A stretch of DNA of 64,000 nucleotides from Eledone cirrhosa (GCA_964016885.1 OZ024762.1:9982001-10046000); one strand, 5' to 3'. Numbered from the stretch's first letter, positions 37,117 to 50,939 are shown. Notes: a model not told the origin generated them from the sequence alone. A program made the numbers and translations.

Positions 37117-39595
37117 GATGTATGTATATATACATACATATGTATATATATACATACATACGTATATATATATACATATGTATATATATATCTACGTATG
37201 TAGATATATATACATACGTATGTATATATATACGTACGTATGTATGTGTACATACATACGTATATATACATATGTATGTATATATACGTACGTATACATA
37301 CGTATGTATATATACATGTATGTATATACACATACGTATGTGTATATACATACATATGGATATACACATACGTATGTATGTATATACACATACGTATGTA
37401 TGTATACATACGTATGTATATATACATACTTATGTATGTATATACACATACGTATGTGTATATACATATGTATGTATATACACGTATGTATATATATACA
37501 TACCTATGTATGCGCACATACATACGTATGTGTATATACATATGTATGTATATACACATACGTGTGTATGTATAAATACACATACGTATGTATATATATA
37601 CATACGTGTATACACATACATATGTATGTACACATACGTATGTATACATACATATGTATATATACATACGTATGTATGCATACGTATGTATATACACATA
37701 CGTATGTATGTATACATACGTATGTGTATATACATACATAAGTATGTATATACACATACGTATGTATGTACATATACATACATAAGTATGTATATACACA
37801 TACGTATGTATATATATACATACGTATGTATACATACATAAGCATGTATATATACATACGTATGTATACATACATACGTATGTATGTATATATACATACG
37901 TATGTATGTATACATACATACGTATGTGTATACACATACGTATGTATATACACATACGTATGTATATACACATACGTATGTATATACACACACATACGTA
38001 TATATATACACACGTATGTGTATATACATACGTATGTATACATACATACGTATGTGTGTGTTAATACATACGTATGTGTATACACATACGTATGTATGTA
38101 TACATACATACGTATGTGTATACACATACGTATGTATTAACACACACATACGTATGTATGTACACATACATATGTATGTATACATACGTATGTATATACA
38201 CATACGTGTGTATATATATACATACGTATGTATGTATACATACGTATGTATGCGTACATACATACTTATGTATGTATATACACATACGTATGTATGCGTA
38301 CATACATACTTATGTATGTATATACACATACGTATGTATATACACACACATACGTATGTATATATACATACGTATGTGTATATACATACATAAGTATGTA
38401 TATACACATACGTATGTATATATATACGTATGTATATATATACATACGTATGTATACATACATACGTATGTATATATATACATACGTATGTATACATACA
38501 TACGTATGTATATATACATACGTATGTATATATACATACGTATGTATTAACACACACATACGTATGTATGTACACATACATATGTATGTATACATACGTA
38601 TGTATATACACATACGTGTGTATACATACATATGTATATATATACATACGTATGTATGCGTACATACATACTTATGTATGTATATACACATACGTATGTA
38701 TATACACACACATACGTATGTATATATACATAAGTATGTATATATACATACGTATGTATGTATACATACATACGTATGTATGTATACATACATACGTATG
38801 TGTATATACATACATATGTATATACACATACGTATGTATGTACATACGTATGTATATACATACGTATGTATACATACATAAGTATGTATATATACATACG
38901 TATGTATATATATACATACGTATGTATATATACATACGTATATACACATACATATGTATGTATACATACACATATGTATGTATACATACATATGTATATA
39001 CATACGTATGTATATATATGCGTACGTATGTATATACACATACGTATGTATATATACATACATATGTAACATACGTATGTATGTATATATACATATGTAT
39101 GTATGCATACATATGTATGTATATACATACGTATATATACATATGTATGTATGCATACATACGTATATACACACACATATGTATGTATACATACATATGT
39201 ATATACATACGTATGTATATATATGCGTACGTATGTATATACACATACGTATGTATATATACATATGTAACATACGTATGTATGTATATATACATATGTA
39301 TGTATGCATACATATGTATGTATATACATACGTATATATACATATGTATGTATGCATACATACGTATATACACACACATATGTATGTATATATAGATACA
39401 TACGTATGTATATATATAAATACGTATGTATATATATACATACGTAAGTATGTATATACATACTTGTATATATACATATGTATATATACGTATATATACA
39501 TATGTATATATACATATGTATGTATATATACATATGTATATATACGTATATATATATACATATGTATATATATAGACATGTATGTATATATATAG
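37117..39595. repeat. 2.5-kb alternating purine-pyrimidine compound microsatellite
   Basis: TA/CA/TG/CG dinucleotides with the recurring palindrome TATACATACGTATGTATA. Confidence 0.95.
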
Positions 39596-41802
39596 CTAAG
39601 GCGTTGAACTTTTTTCTCTAGATAGAGATAAGTATGTGTATTCTATAAGATACTATTACCTTAAAACCATGTGTATATATACACTTACTTCTATAGAATC
39701 CATACATATTAACACCCTTCTATCTCTAGGCATATGTATACAGACAGAAAGAAATGGCCTCACTATAATACTGCATTATATACATTACTTTCATGAAAGA
39801 TGTTTCGAACTGAATTCATACTTCTATTCCTATATACATACTGGGAGAGATATAGAATACAAATTTATTCTATATACAGAAGGAAATAAACTTACTAGAA
39901 TACTGTATATATACACATTATAAATGTTTATAATATGAATCTTCTTTATTAATACCCCTATACCTACTGGTAGGTATGAGAGAGATATAGAATATCCACA
40001 TAACCCTGTATATATAGATATTATAACCTCTTACAGGAGATATAGAATACCTATATACACAGAAAGAAATAAACTTGCTAGGATTACTGTATTATATATA
40101 TATATACAGTTTCCATTCTCAAAGAAACTTTTCTATAGCACCACACTTACTTCTTTCAGTAAGAAGGATGTTTCTTACTGGGATTCTATAGTGTACATAC
40201 ACATTAATTAATCTATTCTATATATACACTTCTTTCAAGAAGGATGTTTCTCACTAATTACATAATAATTGAATTCTCTCGCATGTTAATACCTTTTTAT
40301 CTCTAGGCATGTGTTTAACAATCCACTAGTTATATATACACAGCTGTTAATTCCTATATATTTAATATGAATGAAAGTTAAACGATCTACATGTAAGATA
40401 CTACCTGTGTATATATATAAGAAACGAAAATGTGAAATAAAGATCAATAAATAAACTACATTTTGTTGTTGGAGTTATTTTATTTCTTGAGACGACTGTG
40501 TGTATTTACACACCAAGTTAAGCTGGCGGAGATCTTCAACATACCTGGAAAGAAACAGAGAGTATTAATAAAAACAATCCAGATTACACAGCTCTAACAC
40601 CAATACTTTTCTAGAGGCAGAAATTAAACCTCTTTATCATGAACAGTTTAGTTTCTTAGGAGAGTGGGTATAGGGCTGTGAAATACAGTTTCTTATATGC
40701 CTCTAGATAAGGTATTACTGTATATATGGGTTTTTTTTTATTATAGAGAAGGATAGTAAATATAAGCCTTCTAGATGTTACAGAGGAGGCTCTACATACA
40801 AAAAGTAGATTCTTTGCTGTGTACACACAATATCTAGTAGTAAGTTTCTATATATATATAGAAGTGTATTATATACACACATGTACAATATTTATATAAC
40901 AAGGCAGTGTATTCTATAAAAAACTGTATGCATGGGGAGTTTTTTTCCTCTATTGAGAAGGATAGTGAATATAATGTCTTCTACATACAAAAAATAGATG
41001 CCTTGATAAAATATCCAGAGTTTTATGTAAATATCCTCGGGAAAAGTAGTAGAGAAGAGGGTGTTAACTTTGCCTTGTGTGTATGTAGATGCTGCATATA
41101 TACGATACTTCGAAGTGTGTTTATGTATAGAGAGAGGGTCTGTATTCTATATACTACAGTTTCTTATATAGCTCCGGATACTGTGTATAATGAGGAGATA
41201 TACCTTTCTTCTAAGTATATACAGAGAAGGTGTAATAGAGATACGATTATAATATAAATATATAGTTGATATGATGTGCAAGAGAGAATGCTGAGTTGGA
41301 GTAAAGGTGGTGATGCCGAGGTAACTCGACGTAGAAATTACGATGGTATAAGGTATAGAGAGGAAAGTAGCATGTATGTTTAGTTAGAAGAGGTAGCTGC
41401 GTGTATATATTATTTGTTTTGTTTTGTTTCTCGGAAGGAGGTTTAGTTCTGTGAAGAGTGTTTAGAATAAATTTAAAAGACATGGCAACTAAAACACTAC
41501 AAGAATGTATTTATATTGAAGAATTAAATGTATGTATATTTCCAAGATAGTGAAATGTATTTTTGTGTCTCAATAATATTCGTGAGTGTGAATAAAACTT
41601 TACATACCTCTTTACACGAACGTAAAATCCAAACCGGTATCGTTAATAGTCCCAGAGTAAGTAGAATGATGTTACCGTTTCAATACACTGAAAAAAAATG
41701 ACAACAAAGTAAGAAGAGTTCCACAAACCGGAAGTAGTTCAATGTAAACAAAGGGCAAATAATTCAAATTAAGGGGAGATAATTCTCGTCAAATTGTTTG
41801 GC

Positions 41803-41965
41803 AAAAACTCATGCGAGCGGGAGAGCAGGCCAGCATAAAGCCAGCCTGCTGTGGTCCCGGCCGACCCCCGCAACGATTCGAACTTCAGACACGATCGAGT
41901 GGTCATGCCATACCGAAGTACGACAGCGAAGCCAGAAGCGCTACGTGCAGCGCCACGCACAAGCC
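41803..41965 (-). ncRNA. Candidate Pol III structured ncRNA, copy 2
   Basis: Inverted near-identical copy (2 substitutions seen); contains a C(UUCG)G tetraloop hairpin; TATA at 41993-41998. Confidence 0.55.
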
Positions 41966-44900
41966 GCAATTCTACAGAGTCAAATAGTCATACTTATAGC
42001 TAACATTTTCCTTCTTTTTTAAAAAAAAAAGAAACGGAAAGAAAGCAAGATAACACGACATATTCCGAGTGTTATCTCGTTTTCTTTCCGTTTCTCTCTA
42101 TATATAAATATAACGGGATATATAGCAATTAAGGAACTACTAGTATTTTGTACATATATAACGGGATATACACGAATAGAAGCCAGGGAATATGTAGTAA
42201 GGGGTTGACTTATATAGGGAGTCAATAGTTTGACCATTTTCGCCAACTTCAAATTCTACGTAAATAAGGTTCGCATTTTTGCCCACTTCTCAGACATAAG
42301 ATAGGAAGGAGGGTCACCTTATATTCGAGTATTTTGTACATCTATTCTTGTTAGACTAGACCGGCATCATGATGGGTAGAGCCGACCAGGTGCTACTGCG
42401 TTGAACGAGAGTAAGGCTGTGGGCTGATACGTCACTCTGTTGGAAACGTGGTGGTCCCATCTGATGTTTTAGATGGTCCTCAGGGCTCTGCTATCGAAGC
42501 TGTCAATCGTCTTTGTGAGGGGCCACGTTTCTACAATTAATATGTAGTTAAATATACTTCAAGATGGTAACATAGCCTTAGACAGATCTATATATGTAAT
42601 AGTTAGTGTCGATTTGAGTAATCTTAAGACCATGATTCCAATCATCAATATATGTATTGATGAAACCTAAATATAGTCTGTTCTAGGCTTCTCACCAGTT
42701 TCTTTGGAATTAAGTGTCTGGGAGTATAGGACGCTGAGTCTACTGGAGAAATGTGAAATGGTTTTAAAGACTTACATACAGAACTTCCAAGCTGTGAGAG
42801 TTACAGGTATGTATGGACCCGTAACTCCTGAGGGAGGCAACGCATTGACCTACAGTGTTTCTAGGGCTCTTTTAAAAACCTGGCAGAGCCCAGGTCTGAA
42901 TACAGCAGATTTCTTCTAGAGAAGTATAGAGGAAGAATCAACCCCGAATGGATGAAAGGCAAAGTTGGCCTTGATGGGATTTGAATTCAGACAGCTGAAA
43001 TTAAGGCATTCTATCTGTTACATTTATATATACATACTTTCTTTGTCTAATAAACAAAACTAAATCTTCTCTAGACACACACATAAAGTTACATTTATAT
43101 AAACGTTCTTCTGTACAAAAACGAGGGTCAATTGAAAAGCTCATCGGCTGACTATGAAGGAGTTAAATCTTGCATGCATTAATTTCAACCCTCCTTACTA
43201 ATAACTGCATTGTTTCTTTCCATTTGGTCAGTCAGCCCTCTTACATATATACTTCTGATTCTCTTTTTTACTAAGAAACGGAATTAAACCTTCTCTACAC
43301 AGGAAAATACTACTGCCATCTTCAAAGGAATGTAAATAAACTTCCTTATCTAGCGAAGAACATGTGAAATAAACCAAACTTTTGCTTTTTCATTTCGTCT
43401 AAGAAACAAGACAGCTAACTCCAATAAGTGTGTATACAAAAAAAATGTCTACACACTTTAGGAAAAGAAAAATTTGTATAAATATCTATATATATATATT
43501 TAGCACCCATCTACCATCTGAGTGAATCTCTTGGTCAGTGTCCAAGTCTCAGACCCGTACAGCAACACAGATGAATCTTCAGGTCTTTACAAAGGTCTAA
43601 CCTCAAACTGTGATACGCCACCCAGGCTTTGCTCCAATGCTGGATGGGTGCTACACGAGATGCTGAGGATGGCTCTGAACATTAATCAGTATACACTGAG
43701 GATGAAGAGCTCTGAGCTGTACAGAAGCCTCTCGAAAGTAACACAGAGGAGATTGAGGTTAGCTGGACATGCTCACTGATATTCAGTGTTGATACTGCAC
43801 TCAGTGGTCCTGTTGGAGCCCCTCCACGGACACAGGAGAAGAGGGAATTTTACCCACCCTAGATAGATATATACATACAAAAAATGAATTTCCATGTTGA
43901 GATATCTTGATTCAAGAAATATATTATTGAATATATGTATCTTTTCCTGAAGTGTGAATACATTTTATTGGCGGATTCTATATATATATATATATACAAA
44001 CAAAAGAGTAACCTTTCAGCAACCAATATACCTTATGAAACATTTCAGCAAATGGCCTTGGAGTGAAAGGACTGGAGATCAGGAACTTCGAGACTGGTTG
44101 CATCCATAGGGTCCTTTCGTCCTATAAGCATTCACTGACTATGGTTCAGCTGGCCGTAGAGGATCCTACAAAACGTTTACACCCTTAAATTTGCCTCACC
44201 TACCAAATATTCTTCTGTCCTGTCTATACATTCACCAAAGTATACACAATTGATGGACAAATATAATTGCACACACATATATATATGTAAGCAAAACGAC
44301 CCATGCTAGCGTGGGAGAAACTATGGGACATTGACCAGGGTGTTAGGTGGCCATAGGAGATGCTATGTGAAGTATATGTCCTAAAACTGCTTCTTTCACC
44401 CTCTAAGCTTATGATGACCAGGGCTTAGTTGGCCACAGGAGATACTATGGCACATACATACCCTAAGCCGAAGCAAAACAAAAACCTAACGTTTAAATAA
44501 TTATTTCTGACATTATGGAGGGAAATATACAGAAAATGTTTCAATAACTCATCAACTTAAAATTGGTAAAATCCAAGTGTTTAACGTTTTTTTTATTCAC
44601 ACACGTGTGCGAGAAATGAAGCTGCCGTGCTTCGTTGTGAAAAAAATGGAGAAGAAAAAAATACAACTGTAGCTATACATATTTTGTTTCTTAAAAGAAA
44701 ATAGGACAGGTATTTTCCTGCATAGAGAAGGTTAATATATTTTTCGTAGTAGAAAGTAAATAGCTTTATATGTATGTCTCTAAAAAGAGAAGATAGTAAG
44801 GCGTATTGTTGACAAGGTTTACAATGTATTCAATAAAGAAAGATAGCTGATACACAGAATGTGTTTCATAGAGAAATTTGAGTTATATTTCTTAGAAATG

Positions 44901-45197
44901 TAAATAGTGTCGAGATGGCTTAGTTTTGTTTCTTTAGAAGAAGTGACACTATTCGTAAGTAGTTTTTTTTTGTTTAAAAGAAATCGTGTGTCAGAAAGCC
45001 ACAGTAAATAAAAAATGTGTATCTAACAAATTGTATGTGTATATAGAAAAGGTTTAATTTCATTACCTCTTTATATGAAAAGAATATTAAAAACGATTTT
45101 CTTTCAAAGAACCGGAAGTGAATTGAAAGAAAATAAAGAATTCTATAACGGGGAAGTAACTCTAAATAAAGGGAGATAACTCAAATCAAATTTAGAG

Positions 45198-45389
45198 AAA
45201 AGGAGGTAAGACGGATTCCTAACGGGGTCCAGGACGCAGGTTAGCATATGGCCAGCCTACAAATAGTCCCAGCTGCCAATAAGGCAGCGGGCAACTGCAA
45301 CGATTCGATCTTCAGACACATAGAATGGTCACGCCATACTTAAGTAGGCGACGAAGTCCGAACTGCTACGGGTATCGTAACGCGAAGCT
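45198..45389 (-). ncRNA. Candidate Pol III structured ncRNA, diverged copy 3
   Basis: Same TATA-to-start spacing (33 nt), GATCGAATC box, T4 end; stems retained with changed sequence, plus one inserted hairpin. Confidence 0.45.
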
Positions 45390-45935
45390 ACAATACTACT
45401 CAGTAAATTAGTCATACTTATAGATAAAATGTTATTTATTTTGTAAAAAAAATATATATAGAAACGGAAAGAAAATATATTCCGTGTGTTATCTCACTCT
45501 CATTCCGTTTCTATAGATAAATTAATTTAGAAACTGCCAGTATTTTGTACATATATACAGAACAATTAATATGGAAATAAATATTCTTATTTCAAGATGC
45601 TAACATATATGTTACAGACAGATCTATTTCTGGAAATAAAGAAATAAGCTGCAAACCTTCGATTTTGATCATTAGTATCAATCACCAATTGTCGATTTTG
45701 GTAATAATACTTTTATATGCATATATATATTGGTAATAAGAATATTATATACGAACGATTGTATATATAGATATATGTTGAATCTCCCTGAGAATTCCAT
45801 TGATATATGTTGAATCTCCCATCAATTGAGGAATAAATGGAATTTCAAATAACTAATTTCTATATTACATGTTTTGCTTTTTTTTTAAATATATAAGAAC
45901 CTCATTCATTCCCGGGTAGTTCTGCTAGTATATAT

Positions 45936-45979
<44 letters not shown>

Positions 45980-46375
45980 CTGCCCTACCTGACAGACTTA
46001 GTCATAAGCAATCAAGCAATATGCATGGCATTAACTGAAACACCCCTGACAAGCAGTATAGCAGATGCGGAAATACATATACCAAAGTATACTGTATTTT
46101 GTTTGGACAAGAAGGAGAGAACTCATGGTGGAGTACACTGATTGTACTGTTGACACATTCTAACTCAGTCTGTGACACACTGATATAAAGCGACTGAAAA
46201 TGGTAATATGTGCCACCCGATGCCCCTAGTCATGAAGGTAAGTTCGAAGATAGCCTCAGAAGGATGGAAGAAGTCCTTGACAAACTGGACCAGGGTCTGA
46301 ACATTCTGCTGCTGGGAGACTTTAACCTACCGAAGGTCAAATGGCCTGAGGGCCACCTCCTCCCTGGAATGACAT
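45980..46375 (+). mobile_element. LINE AP-endonuclease fragment (CR1-like)
   Basis: ALTET...AEIHIPKY...RTHGGV...NILLLGDFNLPKVKW. Confidence 0.75.
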
Positions 46376-46636
46376 CATTCCCTGCTTCCATGTGCATCAC
46401 ATGTTCATGTGATGCACATGATGACTGCTAGGTGAAGAAGTGCCAAGTAGAAGGAAGATGCAGTAGAGAAAGGCTGCAAAAAACATGCGCGGAGGTGGTG
46501 AGAGTTGAGCTCAGATCGCTGAAGCTCACAGACAAGGGACCGTGATGAATGGAGAGATGCTGTACTGAAAAGGACTCGTCCCACCCTTGCAAGCAGGGAA
46601 AAGCAGACGTAAAATGATGATGACGATATATATATT

Positions 46637-46675
<39 letters not shown>

Positions 46676-49424
46676 ACGTTTTCACATCCGTTCTTCCACA
46701 CTTGCATGGGTTGGATGGGTCGTTCTGAGCACACCATTTCTCCACTCACCACATTTCTTCATCATCTCCTCTGTGAGTCTCAACAATTTGAGGTCAATTC
46801 TCACCACTTCTCCCCAACTGGTACCGTCAATCTCAAGATGACTTAAACTCATGATATAAAGGTTTGTAATAAAATAAAGCTTATGGCACTTTACCCAATG
46901 TTGTATTGATTCACCACCACCATTAAAAAAGAAAACTATGGAAACAAGAAAATATTTTCAGTTTTATTTTATTGAAAAAAAAATAATAATAATAATTGAC
47001 TAAAATATCTATATATATCCTGATATATATATATATATTTTAAAAAAATGAAAAGAATGACTTCACTTGTAGTGTTAACAAATTTATGATTTAATGTTAT
47101 AATATAATATTATATTATAACATTAAATCATAAATTTTTTAACACAAGTGAAGTTATTCTTTTCCTTTTTTTCAAATATACCTAACTGTACCAAGGATCT
47201 CACACATTTTCCAATATATATATATACACATGTGTGTATCCCAGGTTCAATCGGAGGTAACCACAGTAAGTAAGGTACTCAATACATAATAACAGAGTAT
47301 AAATATTTAATATAGCAATGGCTTCTACAGTACTAGAACTGTTTCATTCAAAGGAAAACATCCCACTTTCCTGATGATTTCCTTCGAATAAAACAGTTCT
47401 AGTCCTGTAGAAGCCATTTCTCTCTCTATATATATATAATAGAATTAGAATTTAGCTTCGAGTATAGCTATACAGATATATATTGGAATTTCAATACAGA
47501 TATGTATTGGAATTTCGTATTTCTAAAGAAATGTGGTGTGTTTATATATAAACATTTAGAAAGCTGTAGCTATGCAAAAACACCAGCGGCTATCACCACC
47601 TGGCAGTGTCCAGAAGAAGCAAGGGGGACAATCGTCGATGCATTTCGAACTGAACTGGTTCTCACCAGGACAATCCTTCCCACTCATGCAACTGATGGAC
47701 TTTGAAAAAAAAAGGTGAGAATATATAGTTTTCTCTGTGTAGACTTTCCTATAGATATAGATTGTCCTATAGATATAGACTGTCCTATAGACATGTCACT
47801 TCACTGGCTGTCATCATCCACCTTGATCCTAGATCTCCTTGAAACAAGTTGAGTAACACTCTCTTCTTTAGACCTCCTGGTCTTACATCCCATCTTCTCT
47901 GACTTCCATCTTTTCTTGTCCTATTTTACCCCAATAATATGTTCATTATGTCAGTGGTAGAATTCTTCTCTCTGTATTGAACAGAAAATTCTGGAACATG
48001 ATATTCCTCCTCTACTACCCAAGACATTTGAAGTTTTCCAAACTTAACTTCCTTGAATAATGATTTCTAATTTAGGTACAAAGCCAGAAAAAAAAAACTA
48101 GGGTGAGGGAGAAAGACAATATCAACCCTAGTACTCAGCTGGTACTTTTTATTAACCCTGTAATAACAGATAAAATATAAAGTTGACCACAGTAGGATTC
48201 AAACTCAGAGCATTAAAAAAAAAACGAAATAATTAACCCAATACAGTCCCTCACAAGAAAGATGTTTGTCATCTGACCCTGACAACTTGTCTAACTGATG
48301 TACGGTGCTGTAACTCTTGATGGAGTCGTAGGGGCATTGTATTGGCATATGGCGTTTCTTGGGCATTTTAAACCTAGTAGAGCCCATCCCTCTCCAGGTC
48401 TGAGTGCTGCAGATTTTTTCCAGAGAAAGACAGAGAGAGAGGAAATGAGAAAGAGATATCAAGGAAGAACTGACCCCAGTACTACACTGGTACTTTTTTT
48501 TATTGACCCTGAAAGGATGAAAGACAAAGTTGACCATGGCATTATTTGAACTCAGAGAGCAGAGAGATGGAATGAATACCATAGAACATTCTATCTGATG
48601 TTCTAACGACTGTCAATTCATTAACCCATGCAAGTGTGGAAAAATAGCCATTAAATAGTGATGATGATGATGAACACATTCTACCTGATGCTCTAATAAC
48701 TCTGCCAATATAACACACTAATTCGTACGAGCACAGGCTAAAATATCTCATATTATTTGTTCCAGCTCTCTGCATTTCGATTTGAAATCCTGCTAAAGTC
48801 AACTTTATCTTTCATCCTTTCTGGCTTGATAAACAATATAGTACCAAGCCCAGTGTTTTGGATAGTAGGATTTTTTCCTTTTTTTTAATATCAACAAGAT
48901 CCCAGACTTCATTCGCTTACCGAGTGGAGTCAAACTCATCAAATCGGACCAAAGAACCAATGCTTCCATTTGTTTTTCCATTGCTTATACTGTTTACTGG
49001 TTGTAATTCCTGGCAGAAGGAGTAACATGAAATAAAGTGTTTTACTCAAGAAGATACACATCACCCAGTCTGGGAATCGAACTCACAACCTCACAATTGT
49101 GATTCCAGCTTTCTAACCACTAAGCCAAATACCAAGTCCAGTGAGATGAATTTTTGGAGTTTTAAGAACAATGAAATAAAGTACCAAGTCCAGTGAGGAG
49201 GATGAGTTTATAGAATAAAGTACCAAGTCCAGTGAGGGGGGACTGGGAGTTTTTAGAATAAAGTACCAAGTTCAGTGAGGGGGACTTTGGGAGTTTTTAG
49301 GGCATGGGACAAGATGGCTTGTGGTATAATTTTCAGTAGATTCTCTGAATTTAAATTCTATCCAGGAATAAAAAATATCACTGATAACTAGGTCTATTCA
49401 CCTGGCCACTTGACCACAACTGAT

Positions 49425-50015
49425 TTGGGGGAAGAGGAAAGTTAATTAAATGAACCCCAGTGTATTACTGGTACTTTATTTTATCGACCCCGTAAGGATG
49501 AAAGGCAAAGTTGATCTCTGCTGGATTTGAACTCAGAACCTAAAAGGCCATAACTCTATGTTGCAAAGCAGTTTAGCCATTGATTCTAATGATTTTTCCA
49601 GTCCACTGCCCTGAATAATAATAATTGTTTCTACTTTAGGGTATCGACCCCAGTGTATTACTGGTACTTTATTTATCGACCCCATAAGAATGAATGGCAA
49701 AGTTAACCTCAGCAGGATTTGAACTCAGAATGTAAAGGGGTATAACCCTATGCCATAAAGCATATTGTCCGACGCCAATCCACCTGAATAACAATAATAA
49801 TAATAATGGTTTCTGATTTAGGCACAAGGCCAGCAATTTTGGAGGAAGGGAAAATCGATTAAATCAACTCCAGTGCATTACTGGTACTTTATTTTATCGA
49901 CCCCGTAAGGATAAAAGGCAAAGTTGACCTCGGTGGGATTTGAAGTCAGAATGTAAAGGGCCAGAAAAATCACCACATGGTATTTTGACTGATGCTCTAC
50001 CGATTCTGCTAATCC
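49425..50015 (-). mobile_element. Cluster of three SINEs of the same family
   Basis: Reverse-complement SINE body; more copies at 1430-1545, 11055-11243, 14918-15360, 51928-52095, 53835-54240 and 59315-59500. Confidence 0.75.
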
Positions 50016-50540
50016 AATGTCTTGTGGTTTCAAATTTAGGCTCAAGTCAAGGCCAGGAATGTTGAGGGTGAAGAGAAAGTCGGTTATATCACACACATAC
50101 CCCCCGTTATGTGACTGGTACTTTATTTTATTAACCCCAGAAGGAAAGGTGAGAAGCGAAGTTGACCTGAGCAAAATTAGAATAAACAACAACCAATACC
50201 CTAACCATTCCAATAATAATAATAATAAAGACAGGAAGAATAATGGGGTTGATAGAAAGTAGTTTTATAATTTGAAAGGTTGAGCAAGTTTCTCTGCCAA
50301 TATGATGTTATACTCACTTCAAGTACAGCAGATAATAAAAGGGGGGAGGGCCTGGTTTTTTGTGTGCTTCCAAACAAAAGGAACCAATCAGCCGATTTCC
50401 TCAGATATGTAAGCGAGGCTCCAAGACTGTGTAGATAGGAAAAACAACAAAACCTACTTTTAGAACTGAAGCTGGTTCATCGTCGTTGACGATAGAATAA
50501 AGCAAAATAAAAATAATAATAATAATAATAATAATAATAG

Positions 50541-50873
50541 ACAATACGAAGAGCGCGATGCGATTGCAACAGATTTATTGAACAATATTTCGACAGTTAA
50601 TCTGTCTTTGTTGAGTTCAGAATGAAAAGTGATAAAAATTCGAAATTATAGAAATTTAAATCCAAAGTATGAACAAGGCCAACCTGCATCTCCAGGGGGG
50701 GGGGGGGGGGGGGGGGAAGAAAAAAAGAAAAGAGGCCTCGTTTATACTTTGGATTTGAATTTCTATAATTTTGAATTTTTATCACTTTTCATTCTGAACT
50801 GAACAAAGACAGATTAACTGTCGAAATATCGTTCAATAAATCTATTGCGATCGCATTGCGCTCTTTGTATTGT
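50541..50873. repeat. Fold-back inverted repeat, ~140-bp arms with G-run spacer
   Basis: acaatacgaagagcgcgatgcg...ggcc / ggcc...cgcattgcgctctttgtattgt. Confidence 0.9.
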
Positions 50874-50939
50874 TTATTTACCTTTGTGAAGAGTTATGTC
50901 AATCCTTTTAAAATAATAATAATAATAATGATGATGATG

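Noticed and set aside
37080-39595. Many long ORFs (up to 437 aa) rich in Y/I/H/T/C/V/M
   Set aside because: Stop-free translations of an RY dinucleotide microsatellite; the same applies to 470-1065, 62216-62831 and 63127-63771.
45265-45296. HDV-ribozyme-like words GTCCCAGC...GGGCAAC
   Set aside because: Forms a simple hairpin only; no nested double pseudoknot could be built, and the words are absent from copies 1-2.
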